This document shows, one piece after another, positions 51,877 to 60,915 of a DNA stretch of 64,000 bases (its first letter is position 1; every line of letters begins with the position of its first letter). This stretch comes from an uncultured delta proteobacterium. Lineage in GTDB: Bacteria; Myxococcota; Myxococcia; Myxococcales; Myxococcaceae. A program made the position numbers and the translations under genes. The stretch lies in assembly GCA_963776345.1 (NCBI GenBank), contig CAVZMH010000015.1:32001-96000 (forward strand), in the 5' to 3' direction. Under the pieces are notes generated by a model that searched no databases, was not told the origin of the DNA, and was given only the letters and a program-made list of their open reading frames with translations.

Positions 51877-52442
51877 CCCGGGTCCCGACGGTACTGGATC
51901 GCTCGGACGACGAGCTCCACCTCGCCGCGCGGACGCCGGACCGTCACCTCGTCGCCGGACCGCTTCCCCAGGAGAGACCGGCCGAGGGGGGATTCCACGC
52001 TCACCACGGTCCCCCGGGCGTCGATCTCGTCCGGGCCCACGATCTGGTAGGTGCGCGCCGTCCCGTCCTCGTCCTCGAGCGTGACCCAGGCCCCGAACCA
52101 GACCCGCTCGGTGTCGGTCTGGTCCTCGGGCGCGACGATGGTGGAGGTGTCCAGCCGGCGCTGGAGGAAGCGGATGCGCCGGTCGATCTCCCGGAGGCGC
52201 TTCTTGCCGTAGATGTACTCGGCGTTCTCGCTCCGGTCGCCCTGGGCTGCGGCGGCGCTGACCTCGGCCGTGACGCGCGGGCGCTCCTCGTTGAGGAGCC
52301 GCAGGAGCTCGGCGTGCATCCGCTCGGCGCCGGCGCGGGTGAGGTATCGCCGCCCGGGTCCGGCGGGAACGTCGTCGTCGAGATCGTCGTCCGGGTCAGC
52401 CACGGCGCCTCCCGAAGGTGGTGCCTCGTGCGCCACCGGCAC
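51873..52442 (-). CDS. greB: Transcription elongation factor GreB
   Basis: YLTRAG, ERPRV, AAAQGDRSENAEYIYGKKRLREIDRRIRFL, IVGPDE, SPLGRSLLGK. Confidence 0.95.
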   Translation of the reverse strand: MPVAHEAPPSGGAVADPDDDLDDDVPAGPGRRYLTRAGAERMHAELLRLLNEERPRVTAEVSAAAAQGDRSENAEYIYGKKRLREIDRRIRFLQRRLDTSTIVAPEDQTDTERVWFGAWVTLEDEDGTARTYQIVGPDEIDARGTVVSVESPLGRSLLGKRSGDEVTVRRPRGEVELVVRAIQYRRDPG

Positions 52443-52487
52443 TTGCTGCGGGGCGCCCGGGTGTGACTACCTACCCCCTGCTGGCAC

Positions 52488-52560
<73 letters not shown>

Positions 52561-52663
52561 CACCGTGACGAGGGAGCCCGGGCGTCGCTGGTCACCCCCG
52601 TCGATCGGCGCTACACGGCGGGCCCCGGGGGGCCTGGCCCAACTGCCCCCGAGGAGCCGAACC

Positions 52664-53125
52664 ATGGCGAAGCCTGTTCCGGAGGGACTCCACACGCTCA
52701 CCCCGTCGCTGACGCTCGAGGGCGCGGCCGAGGCGATCGAGTTCTACAAGCGCGCGTTCGGCGCCGAGGAGCGGAGCCGCGCGCTGGACCCGACCGGCAC
52801 CAAGGTGTGGCACGCCGAGCTGCGCATCGGGAACTCCGCGTTCTTCGTGAACGACACCGCCCCGGAGATGGGCGCGACGCCCAGCTTCTCCTCCCTGTGG
52901 ATCTACACCCCGGACGCTGACGCGGCGTTCGAGCGCGCGGCGAAGGCGGGGGCGAAGGTGACCATGCCCATGGCGGACATGTTCTGGGGCGACCGCGTGG
53001 GGATGCTGGTGGACCGCTGGGGCATCAAGTGGAGCATCGCCCGGCGGGTCAAGACCCTCTCCCCCGCGGAGATGAAGGCGGCGCAGGACGCCTTCGTGGC
53101 CCAGATGCGGCAGCAGAAGAAGTAG
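52664..53125 (+). CDS. VOC/glyoxalase (PhnB-like) protein
   Basis: PEGLHTLTPSL, AIEFYKRAFGA, HAELRIG, DMFWGDR; GAGGAG RBS. Confidence 0.92.
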   Translation: MAKPVPEGLHTLTPSLTLEGAAEAIEFYKRAFGAEERSRALDPTGTKVWHAELRIGNSAFFVNDTAPEMGATPSFSSLWIYTPDADAAFERAAKAGAKVTMPMADMFWGDRVGMLVDRWGIKWSIARRVKTLSPAEMKAAQDAFVAQMRQQKK

Positions 53126-53178
53126 ACGCGCACTGGCGTTCGCACCCGCGTTCGGGTTAGTCGTCCCCCTCCGTCGCA

Positions 53179-53251
53179 GTCCCCGTCGTCTAGAGGCCCA
53201 GGACGCTGGCCTTTCAAGCCGGTAACACGGGTTCGAATCCCGTCGGGGACA
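53179..53251 (+). tRNA. tRNA-Glu (anticodon UUC)
   Basis: Acceptor GTCCCCG/CGGGGAC-A, GTCTAGAGGCCCAGGAC D arm, anticodon loop CT-TTC-AA, GGTTCGAATCC; CCA not encoded. Confidence 0.95.
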
Positions 53252-53268
53252 ATCACAGCCTGGGACGC

Positions 53269-53295
53269 CGCCGGGCGTGCTGAACCCGCCCGGCG
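53269..53295. terminator. Stem-loop after tRNA-Glu
   Basis: CGCCGGGCG / CGCCCGGCG 9-bp stem between convergent genes; no U tract. Confidence 0.4.
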
Positions 53296-53320
53296 CCTCA
53301 CCTCGTCCAGCGCGACCCGG

Positions 53321-53590
53321 TCAGGCGGTGCGCGGCAGGTCCCTGCGGACGCGGGCCCGGGCGATGAACATGGCCAGCACCGCACCCAGGACGGCGATGG
53401 CCAGGGGCGGTAACTCGGAGACCGTTCCGGGAAGGACGATCCGACCGATCAGTCCACCCACCACCCCGCCGACCCCGCCCGCCGCGACCCCCCAGGCCAA
53501 GGTGAGGCTGCGTGTCTTCCAGATCAGCGAGAGCACCGCGCCAATGACTGCCCCGAGTACGATCCAGCTCAGCAGCGCAAAGATGGTCAT
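53321..53590 (-). CDS. GlsB/YeaQ/YmgE (transglycosylase-associated) small membrane protein
   Basis: LSWIVLGAVIG...GGVGGVVGG...AVLGAVL; AAGGAGG RBS. Confidence 0.75.
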   Translation of the reverse strand: MTIFALLSWIVLGAVIGAVLSLIWKTRSLTLAWGVAAGGVGGVVGGLIGRIVLPGTVSELPPLAIAVLGAVLAMFIARARVRRDLPRTA

Positions 53591-53719
53591 GGCTGCCTCC
53601 TTCACCCAGTGGTGATGCATCGGCCATGCGCATGAACATCGGCGGGGGTCTAGCGGACCTACTCACCGCAGGAATTGCATTGATGGCTGCGCGCTTCGCA
53701 AACATTGCGCCTGCCGAGC

Positions 53720-54655
53720 TCAGACGGTGCGCGGGTGGCCTCGCAGCCCGGGCGGACACTCGAGCGCGGAGCGGTCCCACCCGCCGAGGCTGGCGGCGGC
53801 GTCGTAGGTGCTCCAGAGGAACTCGTGCAGCAGCGCGCCGGGGTCGCTCGCACGCCGCACCGCCTCGTACGGAAGGATGAACTCGCCGAGCCTGGCCTCG
53901 AAGAAGGCGTCCGTGGGCCGGACCTTCGCCTGCGCGAATCCCTCCGGCGCCGGGTAGGCGTACGAGTAGAAGGCCGCATCCTCCACCCCGGAACCGCCTG
54001 GCCAGAATCCCGCCGAGGAGACCTGGTGGCTGTAAGCCTCGCGGGTGACCGCGTCCGGCAGCCCGGGCACACCCCCGGGGTGCCGCGGCGCGGTCCGGCC
54101 GGAGAAGCGGGTCACCGCCAGATCGAAGCTCCCCCAGAACAGATGGACCGGGCTCGCCTTGCCCAGGAAGGAGGTCCGGAACTCCTTGAGCACCCGGTCC
54201 ACCTGCACCAGCGCCTGGAAGAATCGCTGCACCGCCGCCGCGTCGTACGGCCGCTCGACGTGGTCGTCGGGGAAGGGCACCGCCCCGGGCACCTCGTTGG
54301 GATGCGGATCGAGCTCGGGCGTGCCGCCGAGCCATCGGATGAGCTCCAGCGTCCGGCGATGGAACTCGGCGACGGATCCCGGCCCGAGGGAGAAGCGCGC
54401 CGAGCGCCCGTCGGAGGCGCGGCCCACCACGGCGTGCTCGAGCAGATCGAGGGCCAGGTCGACCGCTCCCGGCCCATCGGGCACCGCCGAGGTGTTCAGC
54501 CCGGAGGGCGTGACGTAGAGGGTGGCGTGCCACGAGTGGTTCTGCCATGGCGTGTGCGCCAGCCGGTACTTGCCGAGGATCTGCGCGTAGAGGTGGAGCG
54601 CCGCGCAGGTGTCGCGCCACGCGGCGAAGGGGATCTCGGGCCAGGCGTTCGGCAT
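53720..54655 (-). CDS. DUF5996 family protein
   Basis: WRDTCAALHLYAQILGK, NHSW, SPVHLFWGSFDLAVTRFSGR, EAYSH.VSSAGFWPG. Confidence 0.85.
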   Translation of the reverse strand: MPNAWPEIPFAAWRDTCAALHLYAQILGKYRLAHTPWQNHSWHATLYVTPSGLNTSAVPDGPGAVDLALDLLEHAVVGRASDGRSARFSLGPGSVAEFHRRTLELIRWLGGTPELDPHPNEVPGAVPFPDDHVERPYDAAAVQRFFQALVQVDRVLKEFRTSFLGKASPVHLFWGSFDLAVTRFSGRTAPRHPGGVPGLPDAVTREAYSHQVSSAGFWPGGSGVEDAAFYSYAYPAPEGFAQAKVRPTDAFFEARLGEFILPYEAVRRASDPGALLHEFLWSTYDAAASLGGWDRSALECPPGLRGHPRTV

Positions 54656-54779
54656 CGGGGCCTCCCAGTTCAGCGGGCGAGCACCCGCGGGGGAGCACTC
54701 TGGCTGCACCGGGCCTCCGGGACCAGCGGGCCGGCCGGGCGTCAGTCGGATCTCCGGCACCGTCCCCCGGTCCCGCGGG

Positions 54780-55229
54780 TCAGGCCGCCCGCGTCCAGCG
54801 CAGCGTCCGGACCACCGGGGTGCCATCGGCCGCGGCGGTGTCCAGCTGGATGGTCAACTCGTCGCCGGCGACGCGCATCGACCGGGTCAGCACCATCCCC
54901 ACGTTCTCCGGCGAGAGCGAGCCCACCAGGCGCTGGGTGACGGTGCCCGCCGCGTCGTCCACGCTGTAGCTGCCGAAGTACGCGTCGTAGCCCCCCACCG
55001 CCCGGCTGTTGTTGGGCCCCGAGGCCGCGGCAGGTGCCGGCGAGGCGGTCTGTCGGTCCCGCTTCATGAACTGCGCGGCGAAGTTGCCGGCGCGGTCGTA
55101 CACCAGGAGCGCGAGCGGATCCGCTCCGAGCGCTGGGTCGACGCGCCGCTCGCCAGAGGCGGTGCGGTCCTCCCGGCTGACGAGGCGCCAGGTTCCGATG
55201 AGGGCCTGCGAGAGTGGGACGTCGGGCAC
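54780..55229 (-). CDS. Lipocalin-like domain protein
   Basis: LIGTWRLVS, AYFGSYSVD, TLRWTR. Confidence 0.8.
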   Translation of the reverse strand: MPDVPLSQALIGTWRLVSREDRTASGERRVDPALGADPLALLVYDRAGNFAAQFMKRDRQTASPAPAAASGPNNSRAVGGYDAYFGSYSVDDAAGTVTQRLVGSLSPENVGMVLTRSMRVAGDELTIQLDTAAADGTPVVRTLRWTRAA

Positions 55230-55312
55230 GGGATGGGCCTCCTCCGGGAGTTCCGGGGCGGAGGACCCTGCCGCGATCCGGCGGGCGCTGGCAAGCGCCT
55301 CCGGCCGAGCCG

Positions 55313-55877
55313 TTACCGCGTCACGTCGACGTTGTAAGTGCCCGCCGGCGAGGTCGCGGTGCCGGTGATGTGCGTAGTGCCGGCCTTCCGCTGCACGCCA
55401 CCGTCCGCTCCGGCCTCCAGCTGCCCGGCGAAGGTGAGCGCCAGCGAGACCTGGCCGCTCAGCTGGCCGGACATCATGAACGACCCGTCGAGCGAGCCGT
55501 CGAGCGTCCCGGTGGGGATGCCCTTGAGGCTCATGGTCAGGACTGGCAGCCCGCTGGAGTCGGTGTTGTAGGTGACGTTGCCGTCATCGGAGTAGTTCGA
55601 GAGGGCGTCCAGCAGGGTCATGATCTTGCTGGTTCCTGAATTGCCCTGGTCGACATGACCCGTGACGGTCATCGTGCCCGACACACCACCGTCGGCGATC
55701 TGCGTGGAGATGTTGGCGCCGTTCAGCGGAGCGTTGAACCCGGCGAAGCCGAGGGTGATGGCCTTGTCCACGGACGGATCGAGGCCCAGGTAGGCCTTCT
55801 GGGCATCCTCGGTGGAGCTGACGCCACCTCCACAGGCGGCGAGGAAGCAGGAGAAGAACCATCGAGACTGGACGCAT
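55313..55877 (-). pseudogene. Lipoprotein, frameshifted within the signal peptide
   Basis: ATG 55877 gives MRPVSMVLLL; the body FLAACGGGVSSTEDAQKAY...YNVDVTR is in another frame; removing one base restores a lipobox LAAC. Confidence 0.6.
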
Positions 55878-56031
55878 CCTGAAGTGTACGGGTTTCCTCC
55901 GCGGCCACTGAAGAATCCGGAGCCGCACCTCCACAAGAAATCTCCCGAAAGGCACGACCCGGCACGCGCGCGACCACACCGCCCCACGGGTTCGGACCCG
56001 CCGGTCGATCTCTCGCGGTCGTCCTCCGCGG

Positions 56032-56150
56032 TCAGTAGCGGACGCGGAGCGAGTCCAGCGCCGGGAGCATCACCGGATGGATCTCGTGGTCGAAGAACCC
56101 GGCCTGCACCGCCGGGTCCTGGTCCATCCAGGCCTTCGCCTCCTCGGCGG
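56032..56150 (-). pseudogene. C-terminal relic of a YciI/YCII-like gene
   Basis: AEEAKAWMDQDPAVQAGFFDHEIHP...* matches the YCII C-terminal EA.....DP.V.AG...E..P pattern; no N-terminal half. Confidence 0.5.
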
Positions 56151-56274
56151 GCGCGCGTCGACGAGCCACTGCTCGAGCTCCCCCGCGTTCGGGTTCCCCT
56201 CGGGTAACGCAGCTCGCTGCGGCCGCGTCGCTGCGGATTCGCGGCGTCACGAGCGGACGATAGACTGCCACCCA

Positions 56275-57099
56275 GTGCGACGCACCCTGGTGCTTCTCCT
56301 GGTATCGGCCGCCGCGGCGTGCGCGGGCGATCCTCCTCCCCCGCCCCCGTCCACTGCCAGGACGGTCCTCGCCCCGCGGCCCGAGGTCCTGTCCGCCGGG
56401 ACCGGGGCGATGACCCCGCTGGCCATCGCGCTCGCCCGCGAGGTGTCGGCGGGCACGGGCCTGCGCGTCCGGGTGGAGCCGAGCATCGGCACCGGCGGCG
56501 GCGTCGCCGCGGCCCGCGATGGCGCCGTCGACCTCGGGCTGGTCTCGCGCCCGCTCCGGCCCGAGGAGTCCGCCGGGCTCGAGCGGGTGGACCTCGCCCG
56601 GGACGCGGTGGTGCTCGCCGCCGCCCCGGACGTCCCGGTCGACGACCTCTCCGCGGACGACCTGCACCGGCTCTACCGCGGGGAGCTGCGCGGGCTCACC
56701 GTGCTCCTCCGCGACGAGGCCGAATCGGCCAACGCCGCCCTCGAGGGGGTCCACCCCGGCCTCGCCGACGAGCGCCGCCGCTCCGCCGAGAGCGGCAGGC
56801 TCCGGGTGCTTGACCACGACGACGCGATGGCCCTGGCCCTCGCCACCACGCCGCGCGCGGTGGGGGTGTTCTCCCTCGCCGCGCTCCGCCCTCCCCTGCG
56901 CCCGCTGCGCATCGATGGCGTCGCCCCCTCGGCCGAGTCCGTGGGCAGGGGGACGTGGCGCGCGGTCCGCACCCTGGGCGTCGTCTTCCGCCCGGAACGG
57001 CGGGACCGTGTCGCCCCGGTCCTCGCCCTGGCCACCTCGGAGCGCGGACGCGCGCTGATCCGCGCGCTCGGGTATCTCCCGCTGGAGCCCGGGCGGTGA
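56275..57099 (+). CDS. PstS-like substrate-binding lipoprotein
   Basis: AAAC lipobox; AGTGAMTP, SIGTGGGVAA, DLGLVSRPL, LARDAVV, IDGVAPS. Confidence 0.8.
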   Translation: MRRTLVLLLVSAAAACAGDPPPPPPSTARTVLAPRPEVLSAGTGAMTPLAIALAREVSAGTGLRVRVEPSIGTGGGVAAARDGAVDLGLVSRPLRPEESAGLERVDLARDAVVLAAAPDVPVDDLSADDLHRLYRGELRGLTVLLRDEAESANAALEGVHPGLADERRRSAESGRLRVLDHDDAMALALATTPRAVGVFSLAALRPPLRPLRIDGVAPSAESVGRGTWRAVRTLGVVFRPERRDRVAPVLALATSERGRALIRALGYLPLEPGR

Positions 57100-58220
57100 T
57101 CCCCGTCGCCCTCACCCGACCCTTCGCCCGGCGGCTGCTGCCCCTGGTGCTGGTGGCGAGCAGCCTGTTCGCGGTCGTGGTTCCGCTCGCGCACCACCTC
57201 GATGCGCGGAGCCGGCTGGTGCTCTCGGCCCGGGAGCGCGGCCAGCGCGTGGCCCGCATCCTCGCCGAGGCCGTGCGCGACCGTCCCCTGCTCTGGCGCT
57301 ACGACGCCGCCAAGCTCTCCGGACGGCTCCAGCTGGAGGGGCTGCTGGTAACGCCCCTGGTGGTCCGCGACCGCGAGAATCGCCCGGTGCCGCTCGGCGG
57401 TCCCGCCGCGGCCGCCGTCGCCTGGGCCCGGGTGCCGGTGGAGGTCGACGGGGTCCCGGTGGCCACGGTCTGGGCCGGCGCGCCACTCACCCCGCTCTGG
57501 CACGAGTCGCTGCGTCTCCTCGCCGGCTGCCTGGTGCTCGCCTCGGTGCTCGGCGCCCTGCTCTTCCTCTTCCCGGTCCGCACCGTCGCCCGGGCCGAGG
57601 AGCGCATCGCCGCCCTGCTCGCCGAGCGCCGGGTGGCGCTGCAGGACGAGGAGCGGCGGCGCATCGCCCGCGACCTCCACGACGGCGCGGGGCAGGCCCT
57701 CACCGCCGCGAGGCTCCAGCTGCTCGCCCTTCGACGGCGAGGGCTGGCCGACGACGACGCCGCACAGGTCGAGCACCACCTGGACGAGGCGCTGGAGGAG
57801 GTGCGCCGCTCCACCTCCGCGCTGCTCCCCGCGCCGCTGGCCGCGCTCGGCTTCCTGGGCGCGCTCCGGAAGCACTGCGCGAGCTACGCCCGGGCCACCG
57901 GCGTGGACATCGCGCTCGAGACGCCGGAGGAGCTGCCCGAGCTGCCGGCCCCCCTGGCCGCGGGCCTCTACCGGATCGTCCAGGAGGCGCTGCACAACAC
58001 CGTGCAGCACGCCGGCGCCGGACGGGCCTCGGTCCGGGTGAGCCGCCTTCCCGACTCCCTGTCGCTCGAGTTCGACGACGACGGGCGCGGCTTTCCGGAC
58101 CAGGCCAGCTCGCAGTCCATCCGCGAGCGCGTGGCCGGGCTCGGCGGCGCGGTGGACTGGCCGGAGCCGGGCCGGGCTCACCTCCGGGTGCGCATCCCGC
58201 TCGGCGGGGTGAGGGCGTGA
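57096..58220 (+). CDS. Membrane sensor histidine kinase (HisKA_3, NarX-like)
   Basis: Two TMs; ERRRIARDLHDGAGQ, YRIVQEALHN, DDDGRGF. Confidence 0.92.
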   Translation: MIPVALTRPFARRLLPLVLVASSLFAVVVPLAHHLDARSRLVLSARERGQRVARILAEAVRDRPLLWRYDAAKLSGRLQLEGLLVTPLVVRDRENRPVPLGGPAAAAVAWARVPVEVDGVPVATVWAGAPLTPLWHESLRLLAGCLVLASVLGALLFLFPVRTVARAEERIAALLAERRVALQDEERRRIARDLHDGAGQALTAARLQLLALRRRGLADDDAAQVEHHLDEALEEVRRSTSALLPAPLAALGFLGALRKHCASYARATGVDIALETPEELPELPAPLAAGLYRIVQEALHNTVQHAGAGRASVRVSRLPDSLSLEFDDDGRGFPDQASSQSIRERVAGLGGAVDWPEPGRAHLRVRIPLGGVRA

Positions 58221-58850
58221 TCCACGTCGTCGTCGCCGACGATCACGCGGTCGTCCGCGCCGGGGTGCGCGCCGTGCTGGCCTCCGAGCCCGACCTGACG
58301 CTGGTGGCCGAGGCAGCCGACGCGGAGGGCGCCCTCGCCGCGGTGGTCGAGCACCGACCGGAGGTGCTGCTCCTCGACTGGACGCTCCCGGGGGAGGGTC
58401 GGTCGGTCCTCGCCCGGCTGCGCGCGGAGGCTCCGGGCACGCGGGTCTGCGTCCTCTCCATGCACCAGGAGGGGGCGACGGTGCGCGAGGCGCTGGGGGC
58501 CGGAGCCCTGGGCTACGTGGTGAAGGGTGCGGGCATCGAGCACCTCGTCACCGCGCTCCGCTCGGTGGCCGCGGGGCGTCGCTTCCTCGATCCCGCCGCC
58601 GAGAGCAGCCTCTCCGGCGGTCCCGAGCCCGAGGACGACGAGTGGGAGCGCCTCACCCCGCGCGAGCGGCTGGTGCTCCGGCGGGTGGCCGAGGGGCGCA
58701 CCAATCGAGAGATCGCCGCCGAGCTCTCGCTCTCCCCGAAGACCGTGGACACACACCGCACCAACCTCATGCGCAAGCTGGGTGTGCACGACGCCCAGGC
58801 GCTGGCGCGGTTCGCGGTGCGGCGCGGATTGCTGCTGCGCGCGGGCTCGG
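58217..58850 (+). CDS. NarL/LuxR-family response regulator (no stop at the expected position; end approximate)
   Basis: VADDH, LLLD, LSMH, GYVVK, LTPRE...GRTNREIA..LSLSPKTVDTHR..LMRKL..AVRRGL; frame stays open to 59413. Confidence 0.85.
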
Positions 58851-58922
58851 GTGTCCACCCGATTGTCGGATCCGGTCGGCTCCTCGACGATCGCCTCGGT
58901 GTCTCGCGCCGGAGGAGGACCC

Positions 58923-59750
58923 CTGAACCGCCTCGCACTGCTGACCACGCTCGCGCTCGCCTCGTCCGCCCTGGCCCAGGAGGCCGGCGGCTACTCGGCG
59001 GGCCCGGGCCTCGGCTCTCCGGATTACCAGACCACGGTCAACGCCCCGCGGGTGAAGTCCCCGGCGTACACGCAGGACCGGGTCTTCGGCGCCACCCGGT
59101 TCTGGAAGCTGGACCCGGGCCGCTTCGAGGTGGAGGTGTGGTGGGACGAGAAGTTCAACCGGAACGAGCCGAACGTCTCTCTCCTCAAGCTGGAGATCGA
59201 GATCGGCCTCACCCCCCACATCCAGATCGACATCTACCAGAACTTCATCCTCACCAACGGCCAGTTCGACGTCGAGGGGAACCAGCTCGAGCTGCGCTAC
59301 GCCTTCGCCTCCCGGTACAACGAGATCTCCTGGAACCCGGTGCTCTACGTCGAGTGGCACCCGCGGAAGAACGCGCAGGACCGGGCGGAGATCCGCCTGC
59401 TGATGGGCGGTGACCTCCCCGCCGACGGGCTCTGGGCGACCAACCTCTACGCCGAGGGCAACATCGACTACTTCAAGGCCTCCTACGCCGAGGGGTTCGA
59501 CGGCGAGCTCGGCGCGACCGCTGCGGTGAGCTTCCCGGTGGTCGCCGACGTGCTCCGGCTCGGGGCGGAGGTCCGCGGCGGTGTCGACCAGCACGGGAGC
59601 CCTCGGTTCTACGCCTCCGGCTTCGTGGGGCCGAACATCCTGCTCACCTACCGGCCGGCGGGGCTGAAGCTCACCGCCACGGCGCTCTTCGGCCTCTTCC
59701 CCGAGGACCCCGCGTGCCGACTGTTCGTCATCGCCGGGTGGCAGTTCTGA
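58923..59750 (+). CDS. Predicted outer-membrane beta-barrel protein
   Basis: GGAGGAGG RBS then CTG start; signal peptide ending ALA-QE; alternating beta-strand pattern; C-terminal GWQF. Confidence 0.7.
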   Translation: MNRLALLTTLALASSALAQEAGGYSAGPGLGSPDYQTTVNAPRVKSPAYTQDRVFGATRFWKLDPGRFEVEVWWDEKFNRNEPNVSLLKLEIEIGLTPHIQIDIYQNFILTNGQFDVEGNQLELRYAFASRYNEISWNPVLYVEWHPRKNAQDRAEIRLLMGGDLPADGLWATNLYAEGNIDYFKASYAEGFDGELGATAAVSFPVVADVLRLGAEVRGGVDQHGSPRFYASGFVGPNILLTYRPAGLKLTATALFGLFPEDPACRLFVIAGWQF

Positions 59751-59804
59751 GGCGTTGCGCATGACGGGCGTGGGGGTCATTCACCCTGGCTGGAGGAGCC
59801 CCCC

Positions 59805-59999
59805 GTGCCAGACGCCAAGCCCCCAGCCAAGCCCCCACCGAAGCCGCCCACCCCCGAGCGCCACGTCCACCAGGAGCAGGAGGTGGACGAGGCCTCCCGG
59901 GAGTCGTTTCCGGCCAGCGACCCGCCGGGCTGGACCCCGACGACGCCCGGCACGGACCTGCCGGCCCCCCCGCCGCGTGGACCTCGCCGACGTCGCTGA
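59805..59999 (+). CDS. Small hypothetical protein (SFPASDPP motif)
   Basis: VDEASRESFPASDPPGWTP; GGAGGAG RBS. Confidence 0.7.
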   Translation: MPDAKPPAKPPPKPPTPERHVHQEQEVDEASRESFPASDPPGWTPTTPGTDLPAPPPRGPRRRR

Positions 60000-60096
60000 A
60001 GGTGCGACATCGGTGTTGTGGCGAGGCGCGAGCTTTCCACCTTCCGTGAAGTCGATTCCTTGGGGTCGCCCGGGGTTCCGCTAGACTCGGCGGTCC

Positions 60097-60615
60097 ATGA
60101 AGTTCACCCCGCTCGACATCCGGCAGAAGCGCTTCGTGACCTCCTTCCGCGGCTACGCCGCGCGTGACGTTCAGGGGTTCCTGGAGCTCCTGGCGGCGGA
60201 GTTCGAGGAGGTGGTGAGGGAGAACATCGCGCTCAAGGAGGAGCTCAAGCGCACGCAGGTGGAGCTGGAGCGCCACCTCGAGCGCGAGCGCGCGCTGCAG
60301 CAGACGCTGGTCACCGCCCAGCGCGTCTCGGAGGACCTCCGCGACGCGGCGAAGAAGGAGGCGGAGATCGTCGTCGCCGAGGCCGAGCTCCAGTCCGAGA
60401 AGATCGTGCATGCCGCGCACCAGAAGCTGGTCCAGGTGGTGGACGACATCAACGAGCTCAAGCGGCAGCGGGCCCGCTTCGAGACCGAGCTGCGCTCGCT
60501 GGTCTCCGCGCACCTGAAGCTGCTCGAGGCCGTCGCGCCTCCCGACGTCGAGGCCCCGGTCCGGGTGGACGACAACGTGTCGTTCCTCGCCCCCAAGAAA
60601 ACGGGCGCGCCGTAG
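60097..60615 (+). CDS. divIVA: DivIVA domain protein
   Basis: MKFTPLDIRQKRF..SFRGY...V..FL followed by coiled coil. Confidence 0.9.
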   Translation: MKFTPLDIRQKRFVTSFRGYAARDVQGFLELLAAEFEEVVRENIALKEELKRTQVELERHLERERALQQTLVTAQRVSEDLRDAAKKEAEIVVAEAELQSEKIVHAAHQKLVQVVDDINELKRQRARFETELRSLVSAHLKLLEAVAPPDVEAPVRVDDNVSFLAPKKTGAP

Positions 60616-60905
60616 AGAACCCGCTCCGGGAGGTCCCGGGAGCGGTCGAGCTCTCGGTCCGGGTCAAGCCGCGCGCGTCCCGTCCGGGAATTGGAGAGGT
60701 CCGCGCCGGAGCGCTCGAGGTCCGGGTGAGCGCGCCGCCGGTCGAGGGCGCGGCGAACGACGCCCTGGTGGAGCTGCTGGCCCGGGAGCTGGACGTCCCC
60801 CGGCGTGCCGTCACGCTGATCTCCGGCGAGCATGGCCGGCAGAAGCGACTCCGGGTCCTGGGCCTCTCGGTTGCGGAGGTCCGCGCCCGTCTCCGGCTCG
60901 ACTGA
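60612..60905 (+). CDS. yggU: DUF167/YggU family protein (no canonical start codon)
   Basis: LSVRVKPRASR...LEVRVSAPPVEGAANDALVELLA..LDVP...V.LISGEHGRQK; absent from the ORF track. Confidence 0.8.
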   Translation, partial: VENPLREVPGAVELSVRVKPRASRPGIGEVRAGALEVRVSAPPVEGAANDALVELLARELDVPRRAVTLISGEHGRQKRLRVLGLSVAEVRARLRLD

Positions 60906-60915
60906 GCGCGCCCGG

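Noticed and set aside
53145..56195. 14-bp direct repeat CCCGCGTTCGGGTT at 53145 and 56182
   Set aside because: Matches of this length arise by chance in high-GC DNA; no mobile element context
53252..60050. Integrative element or prophage at the tRNAs
   Set aside because: No integrase, transposase or phage genes and no exact att duplication
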